Shown here piece after piece: positions 13,397-27,141 of a DNA stretch of 64,000 nt; the stretch's first letter is position 1, and each line of letters begins with the position of its first letter. Location: NCBI RefSeq assembly GCF_009914755.1, contig NC_060925.1. One strand, given 5' to 3'. The translations under genes and the position numbers were made by a program. The notes beneath the pieces are model-generated. The model worked only from the letters and a program-made list of their open reading frames with translations, had not been told where the DNA came from and searched no databases. This stretch comes from the human T2T-CHM13v2.0 reference genome, Homo sapiens.

Positions 13397-13694
13397 GGCC
13401 GGGTGTGGTGGCTCACGCCTATAATCCTAGCACTTTGGGAGGCCAGGGCAGGTGGATTTCCTGAGCTCAGGAGTTTGAGATTATCCTGGGCAAAGCTCCG
13501 TCTCTACTAAAAATACAAAAAATTAGCTGGATGTGGTGGTGGGTGCCTGTAATCCCAGCTACTCGGGAAGCTGATCCAGGAGAATCGCTTGAATCCGGGA
13601 GGTGGAAGTTGCAGCAGCAAGCCGAGATCACGCCACTGTACTCCAGCTTGGGTGACAGAGCAAGACTCTTGTCTCCAAAACAAAATAATAATAA
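13397..13694 (+). mobile_element. AluS-like SINE
   Basis: Full dimer. 15-bp TSD taaaagccataggca at 13382-13396 and 13695-13709. Confidence 0.95.
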
Positions 13695-15910
13695 TAAAAG
13701 CCATAGGCAATTCTATGCCCAAATGATCTAACAAGAACCTCATTTTTCTCTGGGTTCTCACAGAGCTCAACTGCCCTCTTTTCTCTGGTGAACATCTTTG
13801 CCTCAATGGCTTTCCCACAGCTGTGCCAGTCCCTTCTGGCCACTTCAAGAAAGCAAAGATGAAAGGACCTACTGTGTGTGAGCTACACATCCTTTTTCTT
13901 TCCTCCTGTCCTCCTCTGTGAAGGATGCCCATGGGCCTATGCTGTTTTAGTGTAGACATTAGCTGAGTTCTCATTTTTGGCTCTGCCAGAGCCAAAAAAA
14001 CTTATTTAATCTGAAAGGATAATGGCTTCTTCCTTCCACGAACATTTGAACATACAAGGTTGAACATGAAGGGAACACTAAATTGTGAGTTCCTGAGGAC
14101 ATGACCCTTTCAATATAAATGAAAAGGGACTGATACAGGCAGACCTAGGTTTCCATCCCAGTTCTGACCCCATGCTGTAAGTATGGCCCTGTGCAAGTTA
14201 TGTCATGTTGCTGAGCCTTGGTTTCCATAACTACATACCAACAACAATAAATACCACACAGTGGGTGTCACAGAAGTAGAGTTGTTGTGTGTAAAGCAAC
14301 TAACACAGTCCTGGCACTCAGGCGGCTCTTAATAGATGGTATGAAAAGGGTGTCTTTTCCCTCTGCCTCACCCCTCTCAATAGTACAAATAAAACCCCCC
14401 ACAAGATTAAAGAAGAGAGTTAAAGCAAGAATCCTCATGACAAGGGGTGGCTACTCTGGCATTTTCAAGTCTTGAGGTTGCTGTTTTCCAGGGGGTGATG
14501 TGGTAAGCTGATCTCAGACATAACCTTGGTGTGAAGGGATTATAAAATCTTTCTAGAAGGTTTTCAGAGTGGCAAGGAAAAAACAAGCACTTAAGAACTA
14601 AGAGCCTCAGGAAAATAAGAAGATCCCACAGGAGGATAAAAGGTAGAAAAAAGAAAGCCATTGACTGCACAGATTTGCCCTGGATAGACCCTATTGATCC
14701 TACTGCTCAGAGGCACCCCAAACTTTGGTGTTTAGTGAGGCCAGCAATTCTCTCTGGTGGTGAACTCCCTGGGGTAAAAACAATGCTTCTTTAGCACTAG
14801 TGATGACTTCAGTGACATTTCTGAGGAAATGGAGCTAATGCTCCACCCCAGGGATCATGCAGATCTCCTTCAAGGTAGGCAAGAAAAGAGGCTGAGTCTG
14901 CAGGCCAGGCTCAGAAAGAGAGCTGGGAGATTCCCAGTATAGAATATATTTTAAAATGCAGTTGTATTATCTCCAGAAACCTTATCCCTCATACCAGTCT
15001 GTTCAATAAAACAGTACTTGCATTGACCCTTTTACAGTCACTCCTCACATAGTTTGATGCAAATGTATATTGATAACATAACTAATGAAAATGTAAAGTC
15101 TAAAATAATGATAATGGTTCATTTATATTGATACAATCCAGGAAAGCAATGTGACATGGTATCTACAAGCATGGCCTTTAGCGTTATATAAATTCAGGCT
15201 TAAATTCTAGCTCTGCCAGTTACTGTGTTTGATTCTGAACACATTCTCAAGACTTAATTTTCTCATCAGGGAAAGTAACAGTGTTGTTGGAATTAAATGG
15301 GATGATATATGTAAAGGGTTTAGCACCACCCAGAAATAATTGGTATTTAATAAATCACAATAATAATCATTATTATTTCAACATAAAAGACATATTCTTA
15401 GTTCTGACATGTGTTGTCAGTTAATTACAGTCAGTGGGGGGGTCTCAGTTAAGGTTTTACACTGCAGGTGTTCATTTCTCTCTCTTTGCAGATATGACCC
15501 TAGCCAACATGTAGAGCTGGTTTTGTGGACTGTGCCTGTGTGCTTGTGAGAAAGCAGAGCGACAGAGGGAGGCAGAGTTAGAGCTAGTTGCAGAAGGAAA
15601 GTGCAATTTCTGAGGTTTGTTCAGAGCCCCAGAGGCAGGATGGCTAAGGGCCTTCTGGGGTCCTCCTACTGCTGTTGCTGTACTCAGCCTTGCCTGGGAC
15701 ATGTGTACATCCCCCAAAGAACTGCTGTGCCATCGTGAACCAACAAAGAGAGGGGAGGAGAACACCTCCTAGGTTAGCCGTTGGGGCCTATTTTTAGGGG
15801 AGGTGGTGAGCACCACAGGTGGCTGCTCCTTCCTTCTCTCCGCATCCCTGAAAGAAAAGAGAAAAACGTATTTGTTTTCAAAACGAGGAGAAGAGAAGGG
15901 GAAAGGGACG

Positions 15911-16134
15911 AGGGATTGGTTCCAGGACCCCTGCATATACTCAAGTGCATACTCAAACCTGTGCATACACAAGTCCCTCAGCTGGTCCTGCCTAACCTGG
16001 CTACAGGAAAAGTGGGTCTCCCACAGTGCATATATGTGGGTTTCACAGCCCTTGAATACTGTCCGCATTTGGTTGAAAAAAATCCACATATAAGTGGACT
16101 TGCACAGTTCAAATCCATGTTGCTCAGGGTTAAT
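15911..16134. mobile_element. MER8-like TcMar-Tigger element
   Basis: gggattggttccaggacccc...ataagtggacttgcacagttcaaatccatgttgctcagggt. Confidence 0.75.
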
Positions 16135-16334
16135 GGTAGCAGTAGTAGTGGTGGTTTGTCTCTGGAGTGTTTCTGTTGCTTTTGTGGTGCATTTTCTTTC
16201 TTTGAGTCCTCCTTCCTGCTATTCAATATCTCATTCTCTTCCATCCCTTTACATCTTCCATTTTGCTTTCTAAGAAGCACTTCATGCTCTAGAGCTGGAG
16301 TCTACAGACGTTTCATCTAAAATGCCAGAGTTAA

Positions 16335-16508
16335 CATTTTAGCCTTTGCATGCCTCACAGTCTCTGTTGCAGCTACTCAACTCTGCAATTGTAGCACAGA
16401 AACAACCACAGACAATATGAATGGGCATGGCTGTGTTCCAATAAAATGTATTTCAAAAACAGGCATCAGGCCAGATTTGGCCTGCATACCATAGTTTGCT
16501 GACCCCTG
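16335..16508. mobile_element. MER58A-like hAT element
   Basis: gcagctactcaactctgc...ggctgtgttccaataaaa...tagtttgctgacccctg. Confidence 0.75.
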
Positions 16509-19149
16509 CCCTAGACCTCTCCTGACCTCTTGTTCTCCATCAAAACTTACACATCCTGTGTCCCGTTCTTCCAGCTCTGACTCTGGAGGCAGGAAACACT
16601 GCTGATGGTTAGCATGATTTGATATGTTCTCTCCCACAGTCAATAACATATATGCATTTAATAAGAAATGCCACTACCCAACAGTCACCAATGTGGAATT
16701 TTGGGCATCCTGGCACATCTGAGCCAGAAAGATTCTGAAGATGGAGGAACAGAGGAACCTTTTGGCACCTCTCAAAGTACAGATAGATGCCACAAGCCAG
16801 CTGCCAACAGGAATCCAGACCCTGGCTAACCATCACCCAGCTTCCATCTACTGTGTTGTAAATATTATGGGTATAGTGGCGCCCTCTGACTCTCCTGGGG
16901 AGTTTCCAAGCTGCTCTTGGGGTGCTCACTGAGGCTTTTGTTTTCTCTTTCAGCAGGGGCAGACCTGCCTGACTTGGATATCAGCTTCTCCATGAAAATA
17001 TGCAGTGCCTAAAATTTACACTGATCGATTTGTTCACGAGAAAGGACATTTCTAAAAGAGCCAGGAGACTGCCCCCAGAACCAAGAGGAGTACTGGAGAG
17101 CAGAAGATGAAGAAAAACCTTTAAACAGCAGAGCAGTGAAGTGGAGGGAGAGGCGGCCCCTCTCCTTTGCCAGAGACTCCCACTCCCAGATGCAGGCTGG
17201 AGCGATCCCTCATAATTTAAGCTGACACCCCTCAGCGGAGATGAAAGGAACACCACTCGCTGCTCTCCAACAACAAATGTCAGCATCCCTGGAGGCCGTT
17301 TAGACACAAACGCAGCATAAATCTGACTCCTAGTGGGGAAGTCCAGAGATTAAGTCTCCACACACAGCCTACCAGAGTGAAATGAATTTGCTTGGCACAA
17401 AGTTTGAACATGTTTCTCAGGGCCTTTCTTTCCCCTTTCTTGTAAAAAAAAAATCTGGAATGGTTCAGGGCTGTTTTCCCCCTTGCTGTTCCTTCCACTC
17501 GTTTATGACATAAGCAATGGCAGATGAAAGACCCAGCCATGGTTTATGGCTCAGAGACGGAGCTGCACTACCTGTGGGGCCTCGGAGATTCATTTCAGGT
17601 TGTTGGAAAAATCCCAACGGCCCATAAACAGGGCAAGAGATATCTGAGCTTGGCCTAGGAGGCGAGGGTGAGGGAGGGGATGAGAGACCTTCATGCTAGG
17701 GCAGGGAGAGGCAGGAATGGGCCTCAGATGCTTCCCCAGAGATGAGCCTCATAAATGTCTTTTAGACAGGGGGAGTAGAGGAAGGGTCTGGGATTTGTTG
17801 TGAGTGGAGGGAGGAGGGAAAGAAAGAAGGGAGGAATTTATGAAGACAGGATATATAGGAAGCTATTTCAGTCACTGCCCTGCACTATAGGACTAAAATT
17901 CCATTCTCCCTGACAATAGCAGCGATCAACTCTCAATGCAATGAACTCAAAGCAGAATTTAAAATCCAAGAGGCAAAAAGTGCAGTTCTCTAGAAAAGCA
18001 AAGTCCATGTAGCTACTGTTTTGAAACTGTCTGACACATAGTTCTTCAAGGGAGTTTCTACTCAGACCAAAAACAGTTTCTGGTAAAAGATTTGACTTGG
18101 AGTTCTTTCATTTACTCTTACACTTAGCACTTATTATGGGCTAATGTGTGGAGCACTGCACAGGGACAATCCTAGGATCCAGGGATGATGAAGATTCAGC
18201 CTCTGCTCTCACAGATATATGTGATTAGTAGAGGATAAAGACCCAGCACCAAAATAATAACTGTGCAGAGGAGTTAAGAGAGGGGACTAGGGAAGGGTTC
18301 ACAGTGCAGGTGTCACCTGAGCTGAAAATGAATGACACAAATGGTGACCAGGAGTTGCCAGGGAGAAAAGGGGAGAGAGGGCACTTTATGCCAAGGGCAT
18401 AAAATACCTAATGACATGGAAACAAGACATTGACCTGGAATGGAGGCTTCTCAAATATGAATGTTCCTGGCATTCCACCACACATTCAGCACTGTTCCGA
18501 GTACTGTGAGGGGATAAAAAAGAAGAACCCCTTGCTCTTAAGGAACATAAAACTGAATTACAGTGAGTTGGCATGTAAAAGATACTAAAGTATATTAAAG
18601 TGTAAGTAGTTAAGTTCTTCAGGCATAGTAAAAACTGAAAAAAAAAAGTGTGAGCATTTAGAAAAGAGGAGTATCAATTAGCCAGAGAAGTTAATGAATG
18701 AAGGAGGCTTCCAGGTAAGGAAGGAGAGGATTTAGAAAGCCCAGTGGGAAGAAGGAGGTGTTACAAAGGACAGGAAGGAAAGGAAGAAGGTGTGTGCAGA
18801 GATAAGTGTGGGCCTTTTGGGGCCACAGGCAGCCTTTCATGGCATGGAAGGTCTTATTGGAGCCTTCCACCTAACCGAGGAATAAACATAGCCTCAAAGA
18901 GGTGCAGAAACCTGTCCCAAAAGACACAGGGCATAGGTGGCAGGGTCAGGTTTCATGTAAGGTTTGTCTACTTCCAGGACCAGGCCCAGAGGCACCCCTG
19001 CAGGGAGGAAAGGAACAGGCTGTTTAGCCAGCATATCAGACATAGTAAGCAATTGACAGTCATCTGTACATGCCTTGGGCCAAGTGTGTGGAAAATCAAA
19101 TGCTTTGTCTCCCATTAATTACTAATAACCATTAAAGATTACTCTTTCT

Positions 19150-19290
19150 ACGGGAAGGTGTGTGGAGTGGTGGAAAGTAACTTTGACCGTAAAATAGGAG
19201 ACCTGGATCCTAGTTCTAATTTTGCTACTAAGCTGTGTGCCCTTGGATAAAATTCCTCATGTCTCTGAGATGTAATTTCTTCATCTATGA
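19150..19290 (+). mobile_element. MIR fragment, followed by an opposite-strand MIR at ~19370-19475
   Basis: gacctggatcctagttct...ctgtgtgcccttggataa...ttcttcatctat, then tttacagatgagcaaactgaggcc. Confidence 0.6.
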
Positions 19291-20265
19291 GATGAATTAA
19301 AAATTCCTTATGTTTACCTAATACTTGACATGGCATCACTTTATAATTGCATTGTTTCACTGTTTCTACCACAACCCTATGAGACAGGAAATGCCTTGTT
19401 ATCGGTTTTTTACAGATGAGCAAACTGAGGCCCAAGAAGAAAGTAAGGTGATCTTTTGCCCAAGGACACACAGCTGGGATGCTCTTTCTTCAACCCCTAT
19501 CTCTCCCTACCTGCTTGATTTGCCTCACGGGTTGTTGTAAAGATCCAAGGATATGTGGTGCTTGCAAAATATCAGGTGCTGTCTAACTGCAGGCAGCATT
19601 ATTGTTATTAAAGAGTGAAGAAAGAAAGGGAAGGCTTTCTGGAGGGGGTGAAAGGTTGACCCTGAGCTCCTGCTGGAAAAGCCATTCTTTTCAGTACAAA
19701 AGGGGCAGAGCTTATTTTAAATCCCCATATCTCCTCAGACCCTCCCGTCTCCCCCCAACTCCCCCCAACTATCCTGCCCTGCCACTGCAATCCCCACCAG
19801 GGCGAATGCAAGGAAAATCTCCAAGCACCGTGCACTAAGCACTCCAGGAGCAGAGCAGACAGAAACCAAGCTGCATGCCAGAGTCAGGCCGTAGGTAAAG
19901 TGTCCCAAGAAAGACACCTTTGTTCAAAGATGTCCACTGCAGAGGGGGGTTTCTGGGCCAGGCAGGGGGAGGGACCGGGCAGGTCAGAGGCAGGGCACTC
20001 CAGCTCAGACGTCCAGGCAGGCCCCAAAGGGGAGCTGTGTGTCTCCACTCTGAGTGCTGGCAGCCCGCCACGGCCTGGATGCCTCTCCCTTTGCTTTCCT
20101 CAGCTGGCTGGTGCTCATGAAGGGAAACCTTGTGCTTGGCAGGTATTCAGGGAAACAGGACAGTATTGGGACTGATTGGTAGAATTACTGTGGATTTGCA
20201 TCAGTTTCAGGCCTTTTCACATTTGGATAGATCTTAAGCTAACACCTACCTTAGCTCTGTCTCCA

Positions 20266-20269
<4 letters not shown>

Positions 20270-20300
<31 letters not shown>

Positions 20301-20317
20301 CACACGCACACACACAC
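20270..20317. repeat. (CA)n microsatellite
   Basis: Long CA run with two interruptions. Confidence 0.95.
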
Positions 20318-21307
20318 GCTTTCTCTCTCTCTCCATCATTCCCTCTCTGAATTTTTCCATCTCTTTCTCTCTCCTATCTAATAAAAACATGGCCAAATGT
20401 AGTCCAAACTGATAAGCACAGGTGTATACTGCATGTACCTACACATAGATTTGTCAGAACTGCAAATACTGGCAACTGAAATATCAGAAGATTCCTCCCC
20501 ACCAACATCACTGTATTCAAATCAAGCCTGGGTAAATATACTAACTGAAACCATAACTCGTTTTGTTTTGATTTGGCCAGCCTCCAAGAAGGAGACTGTA
20601 GAGCTCATAACAAGTCGATTCAGATGTTTGGGGCTCAGAGCTCAGTCTAGATAAAAGCTCATTAATCCAGCTTCCCTATGGTTCACTAGGCTTGGAGTAT
20701 TATATGCATGACATTGTATTAGGTTCAAATGAATAAGGTTTGAGTGTGTTTGTCCTAATTTGGGAAGTAACTTAAGTGGATCGAATACCATCTCTCTTTG
20801 GAGTAGTCCAATTCTGCTACATTAATTACTAGTCTTTTGAAGGATAAATTATCTGAGAAAATTAAATTGTTTCTAGGCAAGGGTTGGAAGACAAAGGGTT
20901 AATTATCTCTCCAAATTGAAAAAGACCAAGACAACAATCCTGTAGGTGGTTAGGAAGGTGCGGTAAGTTGACTAACACTCAAAATGTTCTCATTGCAAAA
21001 GTGAGTCCTCATTGGTCAAATTCACTGTGGTTTTAAACATAGAGAGAAGTTGCCTGAATGACCACAGCTGATCAGACTGCTTGAGCCCTTGGCTGAGACA
21101 CCGTGGTTCCCGACCAGGCCTTCTGCTGGTTTGGAGAGGAAAGCCGAGGCCCATACCCAGCCGGGTCTATGCCTTCAGACTCCAGTCCATTCCATAAACC
21201 ACTAACAGGCTATCTGAAAGAGCAAGATAAAACAGGGTCAGATACCTAGCCTTTGTTCTTACCTCCACTACTCACCAGCTGTGTGACCTAAGGCAAATTA
21301 CCTAACC

Positions 21308-21485
21308 TTGCCTAGGACTGGGAGGAGGTTTGGGAGGAAATGGAGATTCACTGCTAATGAATACAGAGTTTCTTTTGGTGGTGGGGTGGGGGGGTGATAA
21401 AAAATGCTCTAAAATTGACTGTGATGGTTGTACAACTCCGAATACACTAAACACTATTAAATTATACACTTCAAGAAAAAAAAAA
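21308..21485 (+). mobile_element. L1M 3' end inserted in a MIR
   Basis: ctgctaatgaatacagagtttctttt...tgtgatggttgtacaact...A-tail. Degenerate TSD aaattacctaacc / aaatggcctaact. Confidence 0.7.
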
Positions 21486-22311
21486 TGGCCTAACTTCTCT
21501 AAGCCCTACTTTTCTCTTTGTAAAATCAGAATAATAAAGATCTGTCAAGCCACCCTGATAGGACTGTTATGAACACAGTACAGACACAGTAGATAAACGC
21601 ACTTTGAAAAAAGTTGTAATAAAAGTGTAAGATATTTCAAATATTTTTATTATGACTCTTGGCTGTTCGTGAACTTACCACATATCCCCACTGGCTAAGA
21701 AACTCAAACTCCTCATATGGAAAATTCCATCATTCAACAACTCCAGCTTCAGTGTGCCTACTATGTGTAACCACTCTTTTAGACCCAGAATAAGGAGGAA
21801 TGGACAAGATCAAGAGAGCCTTTGCCTTCCTACCTCTAGTAGGAGAAGATGGTGAATAAAGAAAAACAGAAAAGAAAACAGAGCAATGGGATAAAGAATG
21901 ACTGCAGGAGTGAGAAAGGCTTCTTAAATTCACAGTTCTGTGCTAACAGGGAGGTCCAAATCTATCTGCTCTTTGCAGCCTCCCTCAGCTCCTGTCCATG
22001 GTAATTTCTTCCCTTTCCAAATACCCAGAGCACGTGTTTGTCTATCTCAAATACTTTAGTTACTCAAGCATATTCAAACAAGAAGACAATTTTGTATGTT
22101 GTCTTACATTATTCTCCAACCATTTTAGTGGAAAACAGTATCCTAAGCTCTAAGTACAAACTTTAAAAAAAAAAAAAAAACTAGTGTACTACACCCATAT
22201 AAAGATTCTGTTTTGACCTACTTCTGGAGGTAGTATAACAGAGTGACTAAGAGAGATGCTTTGGACTCAAATATTTTGCTCTGTCATTTACTAGCTAGTG
22301 GCCTTGGCCAG

Positions 22312-22726
22312 TGATATGGTTTGGATCTGTGTCCCCACCCAAATCTCATGTTGAATTGTAATCCCCAATGTTGAAGGCAGGGCCTAGTGGGAAGTGATTG
22401 GATCATGGGGGCAGTTTCTCATGGTTTAACACCATCCCTCTTGGTGTTGTCATGATGATAGTGAGTCCTCATGAGATCAGATTGCTTAAGTGTGTGTGGC
22501 ACCTCTCTCCTCTTTCTCTTGCTTCTTCTCCACCATGTAAGATGCCTGGATCCCCATTCACCTTCCTCTATGATTGCAAGTTTCCTGAGGCCTCCCCAGA
22601 AGCCAAGCAGATGCCTCCATGCTTCCTGTACAGCCTCTGGAACCATGAGCCAATCAAAACTCTTTTCTTTATAGATTTCACAGTCTCCTGTATGTCTTTA
22701 TAGCAGTACAAGAACAGACTAATACA
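22312..22726 (+). mobile_element. MSTA-like MaLR solo LTR inserted in a MIR
   Basis: tgatatggtttggatctgtgtccccacccaaatctcatg...gactaataca. Confidence 0.88.
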
Positions 22727-23992
22727 GCAAAAATTCCCTCTGCATTAAGTCTAGGCAGCCCCATCTATAAAATGGGGTCGTTGAAAGCACCTACCCAACA
22801 AGATAGTTACAGGAACTATGGGGTACAGTGTTTATGGTATCTAGTTAATGGTAAGAAATTAACTAAATGCCGGCTTTCATCAGCATTATAATTTTGTGTG
22901 TCTTCTATATAATTAGAATAAGCTTCCAGAAAACAGAGTTCAAGTCTAAATCATCTTTGTATCCTCCACAACACAACAACATACTGAGTGCTCAGGAGAT
23001 TAATAATTAGCTGTTGAATAGCTTGTGTTTCAGTTAATATAGAAGGAAGAGAAATAAGCCAAAGGTCACACTGGCAATGCGTTGCACAAACAAATGTGCT
23101 GTAGAGTTCTGCCTTTCCATCTTTTCACAAATCAATTCACCAATGCCAACCAGTAACTTCCAGTCACTATAGAAATTATTAGCTACCTCCACAGTTAGGG
23201 TTCACCTGGGATGAAATTTATTTCCCTTGAACTACAATCTGAATCTCTTTCACATTGATATTGATGCTACCAACAGTCCACCTTCTCATTAGTACCCATC
23301 CAGTTATGTTTCAATAGGAAGACAGGAGAGCAGGTCATGAAAAAGAGAAACCCCAAATTATGCTAATTAGGGATGGAGAGAAGGAGGGCGACTGAAGAAA
23401 ATAAAATGGAAACAGGGCAGAGAAGGTGGACAGCACTGTGGAGAACATACAATCAGCAATTTGTTATCCAGCCAGTCCTCATGTGACTGCAACACATAGT
23501 CTCCAAGGACAGCTTGGGGGAAAGAGGGGAGCACTTGGTCAGGAGGCCCTCAGCCCTGGCAGACTGGGCGGCTTCCCAGCTGAGAAATCTTGGACAGACC
23601 TTCCCATAGCCATGCTTCGTCATTGGTGAGAACACAAGATTAAGTGAGGAAAGTATAAATACTGTTTGCAAGGAAAGATTGCCCTAGATTGCTATAAACT
23701 GATTATAATTGTATGCAGTGAACTCCACTACAATCATTCGGAAATTATTTATGGTTATTTCCCTTAGGTGAAATTGAGTGTCTCAAGATGATCTTAATGT
23801 TGATGAAATCATTGCTGACAGTACCATCACAAACACTTTGTGTAATTAGTTAGCCTTGAATTTCTAACATTAAAAACTCTTCAATACTGTCATTACTTGT
23901 AAAAGACAGAGTTTATTGTTGAAATAGGGGTTAGAGGAAAAACATTGTTACTCCGAACCTAAGACCGCTGTAATTATAGTCTGGACTCTAGG

Positions 23993-24162
23993 GCAGTGGT
24001 TTTCAAAATGAGCATGTCCCCAAATCACCTGGTGGGCTGGTGAAAACACAAGTTGCTGATTCAGTGGGTCTGGGATGGGGTACGTGACTTTCTCTTTCTA
24101 CCCATTTCCCAGGTGATGCTGCTGCTGCTGCTGGTCCAGGAACCACACCTTTAGAATCACTG
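23993..24162. mobile_element. MER5A-like hAT element
   Basis: cagtggttttcaaa...gattcagtgggtctggg...agaatcactg inverted termini. Confidence 0.7.
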
Positions 24163-25614
24163 ATCCAGAATGTTTCTACCTCTCTCTTTCCCCACCCCTA
24201 CACTCCCACCCCTGCAGGTGCACACAAGGAGATTGGGTAAGAGCTTCTGAAGAGATGTGAGCAATCACAGCACATTCTTACTTTCAGTCAACAGAATCTT
24301 CATGCCTTTTCAACTATTTCAACCAGCTCTTCAGAGTGATTCCTGCTAGTTTTGATAATTGTGGGAGAATGGAAACTTTTTTTTTTTACAACCATCTTTT
24401 CCTCTTTAAAAATAATGGTATGACTGGAGGAAAAGGTGAGGACAAGTATAACGTAACCTAAGACGGGCAGGTGCAGGGCTGGCCCTTGTTGTGCATCATT
24501 GGGAAGTACACCACCAAGCACAAGGCCAAGCCTCTCTCCTCTCTATCAGTGTGATGGCTGTTAAGCACCAAAGCCATGGACATCTAAGTGGGTAAGCAGG
24601 CAGCGAGCCCCTGAAAGGAATCTGCATCATGATTCATCTCCCCTTTACCTTCATGCTTAAGGTGCTCTCTTCCACCTCTATTCCCCATCATCTATTCCTG
24701 GACTGAGGCAAAATGCTGAACAGCCCTTCTGTTTGCAAGACTGGTGAATTCAAAGTCATGCATCTCTCACAAAGCACAAATGCCATCCAATGTGTGGGCT
24801 TAGCTCAGTGTCCTAGATCAAGTCTTTCAATGAGTCCTCCCTCACAGTCAGCTGTTTCACCTCCATCAGTGCCAGTGAGATCTAGAGCAAGAGATTATAG
24901 GGAAGCACGGCAAACAAGAAAAAAACTTGCCATTGTGGGTGCAGCTGAGCTTCGGGAATCATAGGTGGCTGATGAGCTATGACAGCAGCTGGTAAAGAGG
25001 TGCTGAGCTTAACCTTGCTGTCAGGTTCTAAGTTGACATTACTTCTTTTTGTATCAAATGCCTTGCTCTATATAAGGGATGTGCATCTGAGAAGTTGTAC
25101 ATAGACCAAACTTCTGTAAGGTTGAATTTTATTTTCCCAATGAAGGAGTTCTTAGTTACATAGACACTTTATCTTCAGGGATAAATATTTTTTAGTATGC
25201 AGAGGATCCTCACACTTCCATCATCATGTATTCATCTAAACATATTTGTTGTGCAAAGTGCCTAATATACATCTGTGAACAAGGCAGAGTCCCTGCCTTC
25301 ATCACAGTCTGGTGGAGGAGAAGAAAGATTAACAGGCCTTTACAAGACAGGCTAAGAAGTGTTTTGGTAAAGACCAAGATGCTGAGGGAATACAACGGAG
25401 GGGCATCTAATGTGGTCTCAGGGGATCAGGGCAGGCTTCCTCAAGAAGGCTTACAGAAAGAGAATGGATTTAAATTTAAATAAATTTAAAATAAAGGACA
25501 AAGCAAAAATATTCTAGCACAAGAGAGCAGACAGAAGCATGGACAGTGAAGGAGGGGTTAGCAGAGCTGACAGAGTAGAGCCTTGTGTTTCAGTTTTTAA
25601 AACACAGAGCCAAC

Positions 25615-25932
25615 CAGGCACAGTGGCTCACGCCTATAATCCCAGCACTTTTGGAGGCCAAGGCGGGTGGATCACTTGAGCTCAGGAGTTTAAGACCAGC
25701 CTAGGCAACATGGCGAAACCCCATCTCTACTAAAAACAATACAAAAATTAGCTGGGTATGTTGGCACACACCTGTAATCCCAGTTACTTGGGTGGCTGAG
25801 GCAAGAGAATCACCTGAACCCAGGAAGTGGAGGCTGCAGTGAGCCAAGATTGAGCCACTGCACTCCAGCCTGGGCAACAGAGTGAGACCCTATCTCAATA
25901 ATACATACGTACATACATACATACATACATAC
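25615..25932 (+). mobile_element. AluS-like SINE with a (TACA)n tail
   Basis: Dimer structure. TSD aacacagagccaac / aatgcagagccaac. Confidence 0.92.
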
Positions 25933-26569
25933 AATGCAGAGCCAACAGAGGGAAATGGTTAAGAGCAGTCTAGAGCTTTGAGTCAGAGAAACCTGGAATT
26001 CAATGCTGGCTGTTTTGGGAAAAAAGTACTTATTTTCCCCAAATTTCAGCTTCCTGTACTGAGCACCATAGTATCCATTCAAGAAATTCAAATTATTAAT
26101 ATTTTTCATCACAGCTAAGTAATATTATATACCCTATGCAAAAGGGTCTTATTAATATGAGCAAATACCAAAAAGTCTTGGTTTTTGTTTTTTTAAAACA
26201 AAAGGAAGGAAATGGAAAAAGACTTTCTTTAGTCACAAGCTAGGGAGATAGTCATACAAGCAGATAATTACAATATCATTTAAAGAGATTCCTTCATTCG
26301 TGCATTTGACAAACATTTACTTACTCCACATAATGTTGTAGCAACTGTCATTCTAGGTTCTGGGAATACAGTAGTGAATAAAACAGACAGGACCTCTTAC
26401 TCTTGTGGAACTTGCCTTTATTTGGAGAAGATATATCAAAAAAGTAAAGCATGATCTAAGTCATTTTAGAATCTAAATAAAATTTAAACAGTGAAAAGTG
26501 ATAAGCATAGATTGAAAACAGTGACTGATGGAGAAGTCAGTAGTGATGGATGTTATTTTGGAGAGAACG

Positions 26570-26870
26570 GTGCTATAGTTTAGATAGCCCTGCTGAAGCT
26601 CCTCCATGGCACCAGCTCATACCTGACAGGCCCACTGCAGCTCCAGCTTCCACCAGATGCCTGCAGCAGTTACATCATTTCCTCACTCTGTCCCTCAGCT
26701 AGCAGGTAGTAGCAGCTTTCTTTTGTTGCTAATTTGTAGATTTGCTCACCTGGTCCGTTTGCATCTCAACAACCTCATCAGCCATCTAATCACTTCTCTG
26801 TATTAAACTCTCTCTGTTCTAAAAGTCAACAGTTGTGTCTTCTCCCCAGGCTGGCCCCAGGATGATTTAG
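26570..26870 (+). mobile_element. Old ERVL LTR fragment (LTR16/LTR33-like)
   Basis: gtagtagcagctttcttttgttgctaat...tgtattaaactctctctgtt. Confidence 0.45.
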
Positions 26871-27141
26871 TTCTTCAGGGTGACAAAGGATTTCACAGGT
26901 TGGGCAACAGTCCCTTCACTTGCCAGGTAAGCACCTCCATGCAATTGATTTCACTAGCCATATTGAAAACTAAGTTAGCTCAAATCATCTTCTCACTTTC
27001 TTTGTTATCTTCCTTGAACCTAGCTTTGTAAGGCTTATCCTAGAGAAGCAGTTAGGTAATAAGACATGGCAAACATTCACCCCAGGATTTAGGCTTTAGG
27101 TCTAGAATTCATTGGAAATTAGTACTAAAGTTCTACGAGCA

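Noticed and set aside
15781-16320. 179-aa ORF and overlapping ORFs on both strands
   Set aside because: Spans a MER8-like element and a low-complexity pyrimidine tract with no protein-like motif.
16879-16892. CTCF-like AGAGGGCGC on the minus strand
   Set aside because: The 5' CCAC part of the core is mismatched, so support is weak.
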